Shown: positions 44,309-54,113 of the stretch, piece after piece
Numbering within the stretch: position 1 is the first letter of the stretch
How the letters are laid out: every line of letters starts with the position of its first letter
Source: a virus
Taxonomy: Duplodnaviria; Caudoviricetes
Reading direction: 5' to 3' (one strand)
Length of the DNA stretch: 64,000 nucleotides
Virus record (IMG/VR): IMGVR_UViG_3300021400_000095
Notes under the pieces: generated by a model
What the model saw: the letters and a program-made list of their open reading frames with translations, nothing else
The model's database searches: none
What the model was told of the DNA's origin: nothing
Program-made: the position numbers and the translations under genes

Positions 44309-45100
44309 TTAAATTTCTAATTCTTCATCATTTTTTAAATCTATATCATTAGTATTTTCTTGGTTTAATGAATTTTCTTCTAAACTATTTGAATCTGAGG
44401 TCATTGCAAACATGTTGTTTGATGGTGTAAATGTTAGTGATATTCTTAAATATTCACCACCAGGAATAAAATCTTCTTTAGAACTATATATTAATCCTGC
44501 ATATGCTTGCATATCACCACTACTATAACTACCATAGTCAACTTTCATACTAAAAAAGCCATCACCTGTTCCTGTTGATTTAGTAAGATTTGTAATAGTA
44601 ATTGTAATATCTATATCAGTTGTTGTTTGTGATGGATTTAAAACAACATCCATATCATAATAATCTTCTCTAATAGAATCTTCAAGATGTGCAGGATGAG
44701 TATCACCCATGCCATTATAACTCTCTATTGTTATCATAAGGTCAGCAGTACAATTATCAAAATTATAACCCCTAACATCACATGGAACTATGCCTGTTAT
44801 TCCAGGTTGTACATTTGCACCTTGTGTTACTGTCCAAGCACAAGTAATTGTTGCTGTACCATCATATCCAGCAGTTGCATTTGTTGTTCCTGTAAGTGAA
44901 AGTGTTCCTGTTCTGCTTGTGTAACTACCATTTTCTTTAACACCAAGTATAAATTGTGCAGCCTGTCCTGAATAATTTTGTGTTCCACCTGTGACTTCAA
45001 AAAAATCAGGACAAGTATAATCTATTTTACCATTTTGTGGTAATGAATTTATACTAAGTAAAAAGGTTGTTTTATTTTTTGGTATATTAATTGTATCCAT
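44309..45100 (-). CDS. BACON-like virion protein
   Basis: ENGSYTSRTGTLSL..WTVTQ. Confidence 0.65.
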   Translation of the reverse strand: MDTINIPKNKTTFLLSINSLPQNGKIDYTCPDFFEVTGGTQNYSGQAAQFILGVKENGSYTSRTGTLSLTGTTNATAGYDGTATITCAWTVTQGANVQPGITGIVPCDVRGYNFDNCTADLMITIESYNGMGDTHPAHLEDSIREDYYDMDVVLNPSQTTTDIDITITITNLTKSTGTGDGFFSMKVDYGSYSSGDMQAYAGLIYSSKEDFIPGGEYLRISLTFTPSNNMFAMTSDSNSLEENSLNQENTNDIDLKNDEELEI

Positions 45101-45117
45101 TTAAAAATAAAAATTTA

Positions 45118-46920
45118 TTATGTTATTTTTATTTGAACTGAAGAATTATCAGCACTATAGTTGTAATCATGGTCAATTTCATGATAATTATCACTTGCAT
45201 TATATTTTGCTGTAAATGTAACTTTCTGTCCAAGTCTTAGAGGCATTTCAGATGATGAACTACTTCCATATGATATTTTACATGTCAAGTTACTTGGCAT
45301 TGTTGTAGCACTTACTAGTTCAAATTCATATGTAACCTGTGTTTGGCCACTGTTGGCTTCATTAAGAAGTGCCAAAACTCTTGTACCCAAACTTGAATTT
45401 GTCATAGCACTTGTAACAATATCCAAATAATGGGTTTCACCTAATGCTGATATAGTTCTAAATTTAAATAAAAATCCATATCTTGCAGGTACAACATTGA
45501 AAACAATGTTACCATCAATAATTCCATGATTACCTGTTTTTGTGTTTTGATATACTGTTATTGCACTCTCTGTATAAGTAAAATCATCACCATTTTTCTT
45601 TACAATATTAAATGCACCTTCTCTTGTATCATAACCATCACTAAGTGTATATGCACTCATAACAACAACTGTATCACCTACACCTGATGTTGGTTTTGCA
45701 TATAACCATGCTGGTTTATTCTTTATGCTCCATTGATAATCACCTGCATAAATATTAAAGTTAACTGGACTACCATTAAAGTTTAAAATTACCTCTTCAG
45801 GGTCATGTGCAATATATGTAATATATGTTGAAGTAAATCTTGGTGTTTGAAGTGCCTCTCTTGCTGCTTGTGATACATTTATTGTCTGATGAGTATTACC
45901 ATGTGTTGTCTCATTTACAACAAAACTACCTGTTCTAATACTGCTGTTAGGATTTTGGCCAGCTGTTAATGTAACTGTTGCATTTCCAGTACCAGCAGTT
46001 GTACTTGCACTAATCCAACTTGGTAAGCCTGTAATGTTCCAACTGAGGCCATTAGGATTATTAATGGTTATTGTACTTTGACTACCACCTGAAGCAAAAT
46101 TAAGACTTGTTGGACTAACACTGAATACATATCCAGCAGCATTTTGTACAACTGATGTTGTTGCTGTAACTGTTGGATAATCAGTACAAGATGCTGTGAT
46201 TACATGTGTTACAGGTGTTAAACCTGTATTTGCAGGAATAGTAAAACTACCTGTTTTAGTTGTTTTTGTTTGATTACCATATTTAACAGTCACAGCAGTC
46301 ATGTTTGATGTAACTGTATATGATATACTTGTTGCTGTTGCTTCAATAGGTGTTGTGGATGATATTGAAATTGTTGGGACAAGTGCATTTTGTGTAACAG
46401 TAAATGTTTTAACAATTTCACCACAGGTAATTGTAATTATACCTGTTCTATTAGTTGTACCTGTATAATTTGCAATTGTTATTGTTTGTGATAAACTACC
46501 ATCACCAGACATTGTTGGTACAGATATCCAATTAACATTAGTAGTAATAGTCCAATTACTATTTGAGTTAATTGCCAAAGTTGCTGTTCCACCTGTATTA
46601 TTAAATGTGGTTTGTGAAAGTGTTGCAGTTAATGTTCTTTGTACAGGAATAACTTCAAGCCAATTGATTTTATTTACTATATATGTTTTTGTTTCATCAG
46701 AAACTTCCTCTGTTTGTTCAAATGTAATTCTATTTGTATCAATTGCAGTACCAACTTCAGTTCTCCACTCAGTTGATGCTGATACATATGTATTACCAAC
46801 TTCCAATGAAACAGGATTAGCATCATCATATTTCAGTACAACAGGTATTGTTATACCATCATAGATGTGCTTTAATTTCACATTCCATTTTCCATTTAAT
46901 GTTTGTTCTGTACTAGCCAT
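45118..46920 (-). CDS. BACON (Ig-like) repeat virion protein, paralog B
   Basis: Same N-terminus and BACON repeats as 42052-44295. Confidence 0.85.
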   Translation of the reverse strand: MASTEQTLNGKWNVKLKHIYDGITIPVVLKYDDANPVSLEVGNTYVSASTEWRTEVGTAIDTNRITFEQTEEVSDETKTYIVNKINWLEVIPVQRTLTATLSQTTFNNTGGTATLAINSNSNWTITTNVNWISVPTMSGDGSLSQTITIANYTGTTNRTGIITITCGEIVKTFTVTQNALVPTISISSTTPIEATATSISYTVTSNMTAVTVKYGNQTKTTKTGSFTIPANTGLTPVTHVITASCTDYPTVTATTSVVQNAAGYVFSVSPTSLNFASGGSQSTITINNPNGLSWNITGLPSWISASTTAGTGNATVTLTAGQNPNSSIRTGSFVVNETTHGNTHQTINVSQAAREALQTPRFTSTYITYIAHDPEEVILNFNGSPVNFNIYAGDYQWSIKNKPAWLYAKPTSGVGDTVVVMSAYTLSDGYDTREGAFNIVKKNGDDFTYTESAITVYQNTKTGNHGIIDGNIVFNVVPARYGFLFKFRTISALGETHYLDIVTSAMTNSSLGTRVLALLNEANSGQTQVTYEFELVSATTMPSNLTCKISYGSSSSSEMPLRLGQKVTFTAKYNASDNYHEIDHDYNYSADNSSVQIKIT

Positions 46921-46943
46921 TTTATATTGTATATTCCTATATT

Positions 46944-49754
46944 TTATTTTTGTGTCAATGTACCTGCAACACTTACAGGCACTCTTTGTATGTCTTCATA
47001 TTGTTCCAAAATACCATCCAAATCAACCAACACTTCATCCTTAAGTGAATTGACAAATCTCCAAGTAAATATTGATGTTGATGGTAAAACTTGTTTAACA
47101 TATTCAATAACAACATTATTTACATAATCTTTCCACTTTTCAAGATTTTCTGTGTTGTCAAACAACCCTTCTGGTTTCTTCAATATTCTTATTACCATAT
47201 TTTTCAAATTAACAACAGAATATGATGCAGGTACTTCATATTCACTACCATTTTCAGGGTTATTCAATCCTTCTGTATGCTCTGAAACATCAGGTAATGT
47301 TGTACTGTTACCAACTTCACATAAATCTGATAAAGATGTAGGTTTAAAATAATCTGCTTTTCTGTTGTTTCTTATTTTGTCACCAATTCCAAATGAAAAG
47401 AAATCACTTCCTTGTCCATCTTCACCAACAATTTTGATAATATCATTATCTGAGAAACTTGTAAAATTGTCTTTATTAACAAATATTTTATCAAATTTCT
47501 TTATATATGATTCACCATTATCATAATCTACATTTTTTGCAACATGTGGATTATTTGCAATTGTTGATTCCTTTATTGTTTCAAAATAAAGAACTCTAAT
47601 TCCATTGTCTGAACTTGCTTCAACAATTTCTTGTAATGGAATATTAACCCAACCTTTCTTATCCTGGTTTAATTCACCAATTATTGTTATATTATTAATG
47701 TCTTCAAGTATAAAATAATGTGAATATTGACCCTGGTATTTTGCAAGAGGTGTTCCACCACTCATATAAGTATCAAGTATTGAATCTATGTTCTCAACAT
47801 AGCATATATCTTTTTCTTTAACTGAATTTGGTAAAAAACTTGCCAAATCAATTAAATTTGTTACAAATTTCATTCTGGTTTCTGTTTCTGAAAATCCTGA
47901 AAATGATGCTGATATTTTAATACCTTGTATATTAAGGTCTTTTACATCAATGTGATGATAACCCCACCCACCATTTTCTTGGAAATATAAATTGTTATCA
48001 TATTGTTTTCCATTTTCATACCAAGGGATTACATATCTATATTTTATATTTCCATTTGTATCATAAACTGAAATAGGTTTACAAGCAATGCCTTCATATC
48101 TAACATCATCAAATGTATTTATTGGAATGCTATCTTTACTTGTATTTATGAATTCAACATCTTCTGCTGATGGATAACAACCAGTATATGCACTATCAAT
48201 AAAGACACATCTATCACTACCTTTTGCAACTGCAATATATTCATCAATAGCATAATCTTTACCATACACTAAACCAAGTAATCCCATAATACTTTGAATA
48301 CTATGTCTTGTTCCCTTTGATGATAATATATATGGTGCATTAATTTTAAGATTTCTCATAAAATTAACATTAGCATCAACTTCACTATACCCATACATTT
48401 TACTTGGATATAATGATTCTGTTACAACACTTGTTTTTCCTGTTGGAATTGGTAAGTATGGTTCAAAACCAGCAAGGCCAACAACATCTTTCAAACCATA
48501 ATCAGGTAAATTGTTCTTCTGATTATATGTTATGTTGTTTGTATATTTAATTGTATCAATATATCTTTTAAGACCATCAAATTGCCTACTATAAATTTGA
48601 ATGATTGGTTCAATTCTACTTGTATCAATTTTTGACATGTCTTCCATATCATCTTCATTTTGTCTGAAGAAAGTCCAATCAAGATTCTTTATTGATTCAT
48701 GGGTCATCATTCTCCACAAATTATTTGAATCATATTGGTCATGATATTCTGCCAATTTAATTAAACCAAGAAGATATGTTGAATATGCACCACTGTGTAC
48801 ATCTGGATTCCAATTATTAACTGATGGCCATATATAAGGCTCCATTGTATATTCAACACCTGTTTCAGTATCATAAGGTGTTTCAAATACAGCAACATAT
48901 AATGGTTTTGATTCTCTATTTAATAAAACACTTTCAAATTCATCAATGGTTTCAAAATACTCAGTAATAATATCATTGTTTGGTCTGTAACTTAAGCCAA
49001 AATTACTACTCCCATTATGAAGATATAATTTAATGTCACCATACTTATAAATTATAACTTCATGATTATTCAACTTTGCAGTACCAATAATACCATCACC
49101 ACATGTATATGCTGTATTTGCACTAAAGCCCCAATTACAACCATTACTTACAAAATTACCATTTCTGTACTCATCATAGTTGCCAGCATTTAAACACATA
49201 TATCTATATGGATTATCTACCTGTTCATTTGTAATATATTTTGTTTCAAGATTAATATTGAAATCATTGTAAACATAATACTTATTTTGTAATTCAGGTA
49301 TTGGGTTTCCATGGTCATCTGTTAAAGTAACCTGTTCATCACTAAAATATATTTCAGCAGGGAAATACATAAGTACATGATTGACAGTACCATGTACCAT
49401 TTCAACAGCAGAACCATAATAAGCAAAATCTTTGATTGATGTATAATCAGGCTTTATTCTGATTTTTGTTTCATCAGATATTGGAGATTCTATTAAATCT
49501 GATAATGTCCATTCTTCATTATCATCATGTTTTAACCAATCATTTTTTACATGTTTCTTTCTTAAATCAGCATCAGTTCTTACACTAAATTTAAAATTTG
49601 AATCAGAGTAAACAACTTCTTGACCATCTGTAAATAAACTATCTAATGGGGTGATGGTCATGATGTCATTTTCATATATATCACCCTTTTCAGTAACCTG
49701 TGACTTCTTTCTTAAATTTGTATAGTCAGCCTTTACTTTATAATTTTCTGCCAT
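46944..49754 (-). CDS. putative baseplate/tail structural protein
   Basis: FAYYGS, ILSSKGTRHSIQSIMGLLG (baseplate-wedge-like), QVLPSTSI; structural operon. Confidence 0.6.
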   Translation of the reverse strand: MAENYKVKADYTNLRKKSQVTEKGDIYENDIMTITPLDSLFTDGQEVVYSDSNFKFSVRTDADLRKKHVKNDWLKHDDNEEWTLSDLIESPISDETKIRIKPDYTSIKDFAYYGSAVEMVHGTVNHVLMYFPAEIYFSDEQVTLTDDHGNPIPELQNKYYVYNDFNINLETKYITNEQVDNPYRYMCLNAGNYDEYRNGNFVSNGCNWGFSANTAYTCGDGIIGTAKLNNHEVIIYKYGDIKLYLHNGSSNFGLSYRPNNDIITEYFETIDEFESVLLNRESKPLYVAVFETPYDTETGVEYTMEPYIWPSVNNWNPDVHSGAYSTYLLGLIKLAEYHDQYDSNNLWRMMTHESIKNLDWTFFRQNEDDMEDMSKIDTSRIEPIIQIYSRQFDGLKRYIDTIKYTNNITYNQKNNLPDYGLKDVVGLAGFEPYLPIPTGKTSVVTESLYPSKMYGYSEVDANVNFMRNLKINAPYILSSKGTRHSIQSIMGLLGLVYGKDYAIDEYIAVAKGSDRCVFIDSAYTGCYPSAEDVEFINTSKDSIPINTFDDVRYEGIACKPISVYDTNGNIKYRYVIPWYENGKQYDNNLYFQENGGWGYHHIDVKDLNIQGIKISASFSGFSETETRMKFVTNLIDLASFLPNSVKEKDICYVENIDSILDTYMSGGTPLAKYQGQYSHYFILEDINNITIIGELNQDKKGWVNIPLQEIVEASSDNGIRVLYFETIKESTIANNPHVAKNVDYDNGESYIKKFDKIFVNKDNFTSFSDNDIIKIVGEDGQGSDFFSFGIGDKIRNNRKADYFKPTSLSDLCEVGNSTTLPDVSEHTEGLNNPENGSEYEVPASYSVVNLKNMVIRILKKPEGLFDNTENLEKWKDYVNNVVIEYVKQVLPSTSIFTWRFVNSLKDEVLVDLDGILEQYEDIQRVPVSVAGTLTQK

Positions 49755-49756
49755 AA

Positions 49757-50650
49757 TTAGATGTTATTTATTTTTTCATCATATGATTCTTCACTGTCAA
49801 TAAATTCTCTCTTCCTCTTAACATCATATAATGGATTACCCAAACTATCCTTAACAGTATAGTAATCTTGCTGTAAGTAAATTTCATGGTCATCATTATA
49901 TGTTGTAATAATTGCTTTATCTCTATTTCTGATTTGGTCACCTTCAAGCATATATGTTATTGTATCAGCATCATGGTCAACCATTTCAATTTCAATTAAT
50001 TTTGGGTCAAATTTTGTATTTGTTACAGTAACTTTACCACCAGGAATACCAATATATGGTGTTACATTTGGTTTAAAACTACTTGCTGAGGATGGTGTAA
50101 CTGTACAAAATACAAGATTATTTGAACTTGAATCAGTCAATCTGTATCTTGTTGCTTTTGGATATGCATCACCAACAGTTACAAGAATTGGTTCACATCT
50201 ATTACATGATGTAATTAATCTACTGATGTCATTTCTAACACCATCTTCATTAAAATAATCAATCCTATATCCTGTTAAATCAGTAATACTTGTTCCTGAA
50301 AATTGTGCCAAATTAAAAACAACACCCTTAATATCAGGATATGCAGCAAGAACACTAACATCAGTCAATGTTGTTTCAATCTCTTTTGGCCTAATATATA
50401 TTGTATAAAATCCCTTCTTGTTAAAAATATTAACAGGTAATCTTAATTCATATAACCCTAATATATCATTAGGATTCTTATTTAAACTACTATCATATTC
50501 AGCCTTGACCAAACACTCTGAACCAAGTGGTAAAAAACCATCCATAGTATCAGGGTCTGTTGACCTTGATGGCCTATAATAGTAGAACATTTCAACATCA
50601 CTAATATCAATGTTTGCACTTCTTACTGTTCCATATAAATCCATATCCAA
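49757..50650 (-). CDS. conserved hypothetical structural protein
   Basis: Beta-rich ORF in structural operon. Confidence 0.65.
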   Translation of the reverse strand: MDMDLYGTVRSANIDISDVEMFYYYRPSRSTDPDTMDGFLPLGSECLVKAEYDSSLNKNPNDILGLYELRLPVNIFNKKGFYTIYIRPKEIETTLTDVSVLAAYPDIKGVVFNLAQFSGTSITDLTGYRIDYFNEDGVRNDISRLITSCNRCEPILVTVGDAYPKATRYRLTDSSSNNLVFCTVTPSSASSFKPNVTPYIGIPGGKVTVTNTKFDPKLIEIEMVDHDADTITYMLEGDQIRNRDKAIITTYNDDHEIYLQQDYYTVKDSLGNPLYDVKRKREFIDSEESYDEKINNI

Positions 50651-50659
50651 AATATATTT

Positions 50660-52339
50660 TTATAAATCATACATGTTATTACCAATTTCTTCCAAATCCT
50701 GCATTGAATTACATTCTGATAATCTTAAATGCCTTTCAAATGCTGCTGCATTCCCTCTGTTAATCTCAACATCTAATTCTACTTTTGAATCAAATGCTAC
50801 ACCCATTAAATAATCTTGTTTGATTACTGGTGTATTTTCAACACTACCATCCATTCTCCAAACATCACCACCTATTATTTTTTGTATGTTTGTGATGTTG
50901 TCCTCTGTTGTCATGTTGAACTCACTGTTATAAATTTGTGTTTTTACATCATCAAAATCAATCTTGTTATACCAATAATCTACATTTTCAAATCCATCAA
51001 CATTAAATGTATCTTTAACAGCCTCTTCATATCCATAACTCTCTTTATATTCAATACCTTCTGTTGCTGTTGAAATATTATATGTATTATTAGTAAACTT
51101 TGCTCCAATTATATAATCAAAACTAATTATATTGTCACTAATTGTAATTTCTTTAATAAAATCACCTCTGAATTCACCATTTGCTTCCTCCTTGTTTAAA
51201 ACAAGTTCTGTCTTATATGGTATTTCCATTGGGTAATCTGATGAATTATTGTATTTTACTAAAAAGTAGTATGTTCCTGACAAATTATATTTATCAATTT
51301 CAGATAAAACACTGATTGTTCTATATTTCTTTTGTCCTGAACTAATTAATTCATCATCACCACAAACAAGGTCATTTCCTGTATATTCTTGCTTATTATT
51401 TGTAAAATATTTACCAACATTATTGTTAGTACCATATTTTTTAAAAATACCAGGTAATATTTTTCCTTCATCATCAGAGTAATATTCAGGTATCCTTAAT
51501 GTACTTAATTTTGATGTTGCTGTTACATTATGCCCACTTAGAATAACAGTACCTTTTGTTAAACCTGAACACTCAATATATCTTTCTATAGTATATTCAT
51601 TATTAATTGTTAATCCACTTGTTTTTTCATACCAATCCTTTGTATTTCCATTTTGAAAAATCCTAATATTATCACCAAATGTATCATAGTAATTTGTCAA
51701 TATTCCTGTATCAGCATAATTACAAGTCAATAATAATGGAATTGGAATATATGGTATTTCAGGTGTTTTATCAAAATTATCAAAAATAAGTGTTTTGGCT
51801 TCACAATAGAAACTAATACCAGAATTAATGACCTCAGTATCTGAATATTCTTCAGGTATTTTTAACAAATTTCTAAATCTTTCAATATCATCTTCTGAAA
51901 TTAATATAACACAATTACCATGAACACTTTGTTCTGTTGTATATCTTCTACCATCTATTGTGGAAAATAAATTTTCATTATAGACATCATGATTTTCACA
52001 AGTGGCTTCATTTATAAAATCTTCTGTTGTTCCTGTATAATCAAAATTAGTAACAAAATTGTTACTCATATCAATATTTCCACAATTAATATTTTGCAAT
52101 CTATATAAATGAATTGAGTTTCTGAATGTATTAAGAATTTCAGAATATTTTTTTATATAATCAACACCTTTTGTTATTTCATCATCACTTTTGTTCCAGT
52201 TACAGATAAATGTTCCATAATCATTGTTTGTGTCTGTTCCATCATAATATACATAGTCAGTACCACTCACTGATGGAATGATACCATTTACATGTGACTT
52301 AAAGTCATCAAGATTAATTTGTTTGTATATTGTTTCCAT
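50660..52339 (-). CDS. putative structural protein
   Basis: C-terminal INRGNAAAFERHLRLSE; structural operon. Confidence 0.65.
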   Translation of the reverse strand: METIYKQINLDDFKSHVNGIIPSVSGTDYVYYDGTDTNNDYGTFICNWNKSDDEITKGVDYIKKYSEILNTFRNSIHLYRLQNINCGNIDMSNNFVTNFDYTGTTEDFINEATCENHDVYNENLFSTIDGRRYTTEQSVHGNCVILISEDDIERFRNLLKIPEEYSDTEVINSGISFYCEAKTLIFDNFDKTPEIPYIPIPLLLTCNYADTGILTNYYDTFGDNIRIFQNGNTKDWYEKTSGLTINNEYTIERYIECSGLTKGTVILSGHNVTATSKLSTLRIPEYYSDDEGKILPGIFKKYGTNNNVGKYFTNNKQEYTGNDLVCGDDELISSGQKKYRTISVLSEIDKYNLSGTYYFLVKYNNSSDYPMEIPYKTELVLNKEEANGEFRGDFIKEITISDNIISFDYIIGAKFTNNTYNISTATEGIEYKESYGYEEAVKDTFNVDGFENVDYWYNKIDFDDVKTQIYNSEFNMTTEDNITNIQKIIGGDVWRMDGSVENTPVIKQDYLMGVAFDSKVELDVEINRGNAAAFERHLRLSECNSMQDLEEIGNNMYDL

Positions 52340-54113
52340 TTATATTATCAAATAAATAAACAAACACTTTTTCATTATTTATGTTGTTTTCTTTCTGCAC
52401 ATATTTTAATTTAATTGGTACATAAAGCCATTCTTTAACATCTTTTACAGATAAAGTACCATCTAATTTTGGTTCAACCAAATTTAATACAGCAGTGTTT
52501 CCAACAAGTTCAGGAGTTACTTTTGGGGTTTTTGGCCATAATATCATTGGTATTGTTCTGCCATAACCTGCATGATTAAACTCCACTTTCATATAAATAG
52601 TTTCTTCTACATTTTCAGCATTTAAAACAATATCAGGAAAATAATAAATATTAAATCCATCACTTGATTTTTCAGTAAAATATTCATCACAAACAGTAAA
52701 ATGACAATCCAATCTATAATTTGTTAATCCACTTGATGATAGTACAACATTTCCTGTATCCTGGCCATTCTTTGCAAGTTCATTTTTTGCCTTAATATAT
52801 TTTCCAAATAATTCACCTGTATCAACAAAAATTGTTGAATAATATAATAACTTTTGTGTTAAAGGGTCTTTTGAATCATAAAATGATAATCTGATAAAAC
52901 TTTTCTTTAATTTCATTTTTTGATTTTGTACATCATTATCAGTAAAACCAAGATAATAAAGCATATCAGAAATATTATTTTGTATTAAATTTGATGGTGT
53001 TGTATTACTATTCCAATATAAAGAATCATTATCAATATAATTCCAACCTTCTTTACTTAAATCCCTTACTCTGAAATGAAGATTATATGTAACACTTGTA
53101 AGTGGTTTATATTTACCTGATTCTATGTAATATGGAGCATATTTAACTTTTTCCATATCAATAACAGGTGCACTTTCAACAACAAGATTCTTAACCTCTT
53201 CAGTAAATGCATTATTAACATTTTGTTCCTGATATAAATGTGAAAAATCTTGTGTGGTTTCAAAACCAACAGGTATCCTCCAATAACCAGTCTCTTTTGC
53301 AATTGTAATTCTATTATATAATTCTACACCATCTTTTTCAGTAACTCTTATTGTCCCATTTTCAGTTATACTTGGGTCTTTGAAGAGAACACATGTTCCA
53401 TTATTTTTTACAAAATAAAATGCATTCCATTTATAACATAAAACATGCTCATGTAATGATTCTTCAGTAACACCTGATTTTAACTTACCAAAAATAACAT
53501 TACTATTTGTTTTAAATGGCTTATAATAATACATTGGCTCATTTTTCAAAATATTTTCTGGACTACAATTAAAATCAGTATCCATCCAATGATTAAATAA
53601 AAACTCACTTGGCTTTCTTGGTGATTTTACTTGATAAGACTTATTTTGGTCTGTTGTAAAATTAATTTCTTCCATTTGAAGGTCTGTTATCACATCTTCA
53701 AATTTCATAGTATCTGTATTATACCATTGAATTGTTGCACCTGAAGCAAAAACAATATCTTGTGCAAATATATTGGTATCATTATTAAAAACAAGTCTTG
53801 AATAACCTGTTATTTTATCTGAAATATAAGAAAAATCCAATGGAACTCTATTAATGGCATCCATCATGATTTCTGTATTATCATTAATAAAATTAACACC
53901 TGTAACTTTCTTTCTTACAACAAAATTCTCTATGTTTTCATCATTAGATTCAGCATATACAAATCTTTTAAAGACAATTGTATCACCTTCTCTTATATTA
54001 TTTCTACCATTAACTGTTATTATAAGGGTATTACCAGATTCTTTCATTGAAACTGGTAATATTGGTTCTTCCAAAACCATTTTATTATTTGTATTTATTT
54101 TCAATGTTTCCAT
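52314..54113 (-). CDS. putative structural protein
   Basis: KSFIRLSFYDSKDP, IYMKVEFNHAG; structural operon. Confidence 0.65.
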   Translation of the reverse strand: METLKINTNNKMVLEEPILPVSMKESGNTLIITVNGRNNIREGDTIVFKRFVYAESNDENIENFVVRKKVTGVNFINDNTEIMMDAINRVPLDFSYISDKITGYSRLVFNNDTNIFAQDIVFASGATIQWYNTDTMKFEDVITDLQMEEINFTTDQNKSYQVKSPRKPSEFLFNHWMDTDFNCSPENILKNEPMYYYKPFKTNSNVIFGKLKSGVTEESLHEHVLCYKWNAFYFVKNNGTCVLFKDPSITENGTIRVTEKDGVELYNRITIAKETGYWRIPVGFETTQDFSHLYQEQNVNNAFTEEVKNLVVESAPVIDMEKVKYAPYYIESGKYKPLTSVTYNLHFRVRDLSKEGWNYIDNDSLYWNSNTTPSNLIQNNISDMLYYLGFTDNDVQNQKMKLKKSFIRLSFYDSKDPLTQKLLYYSTIFVDTGELFGKYIKAKNELAKNGQDTGNVVLSSSGLTNYRLDCHFTVCDEYFTEKSSDGFNIYYFPDIVLNAENVEETIYMKVEFNHAGYGRTIPMILWPKTPKVTPELVGNTAVLNLVEPKLDGTLSVKDVKEWLYVPIKLKYVQKENNINNEKVFVYLFDNINGNNIQTN

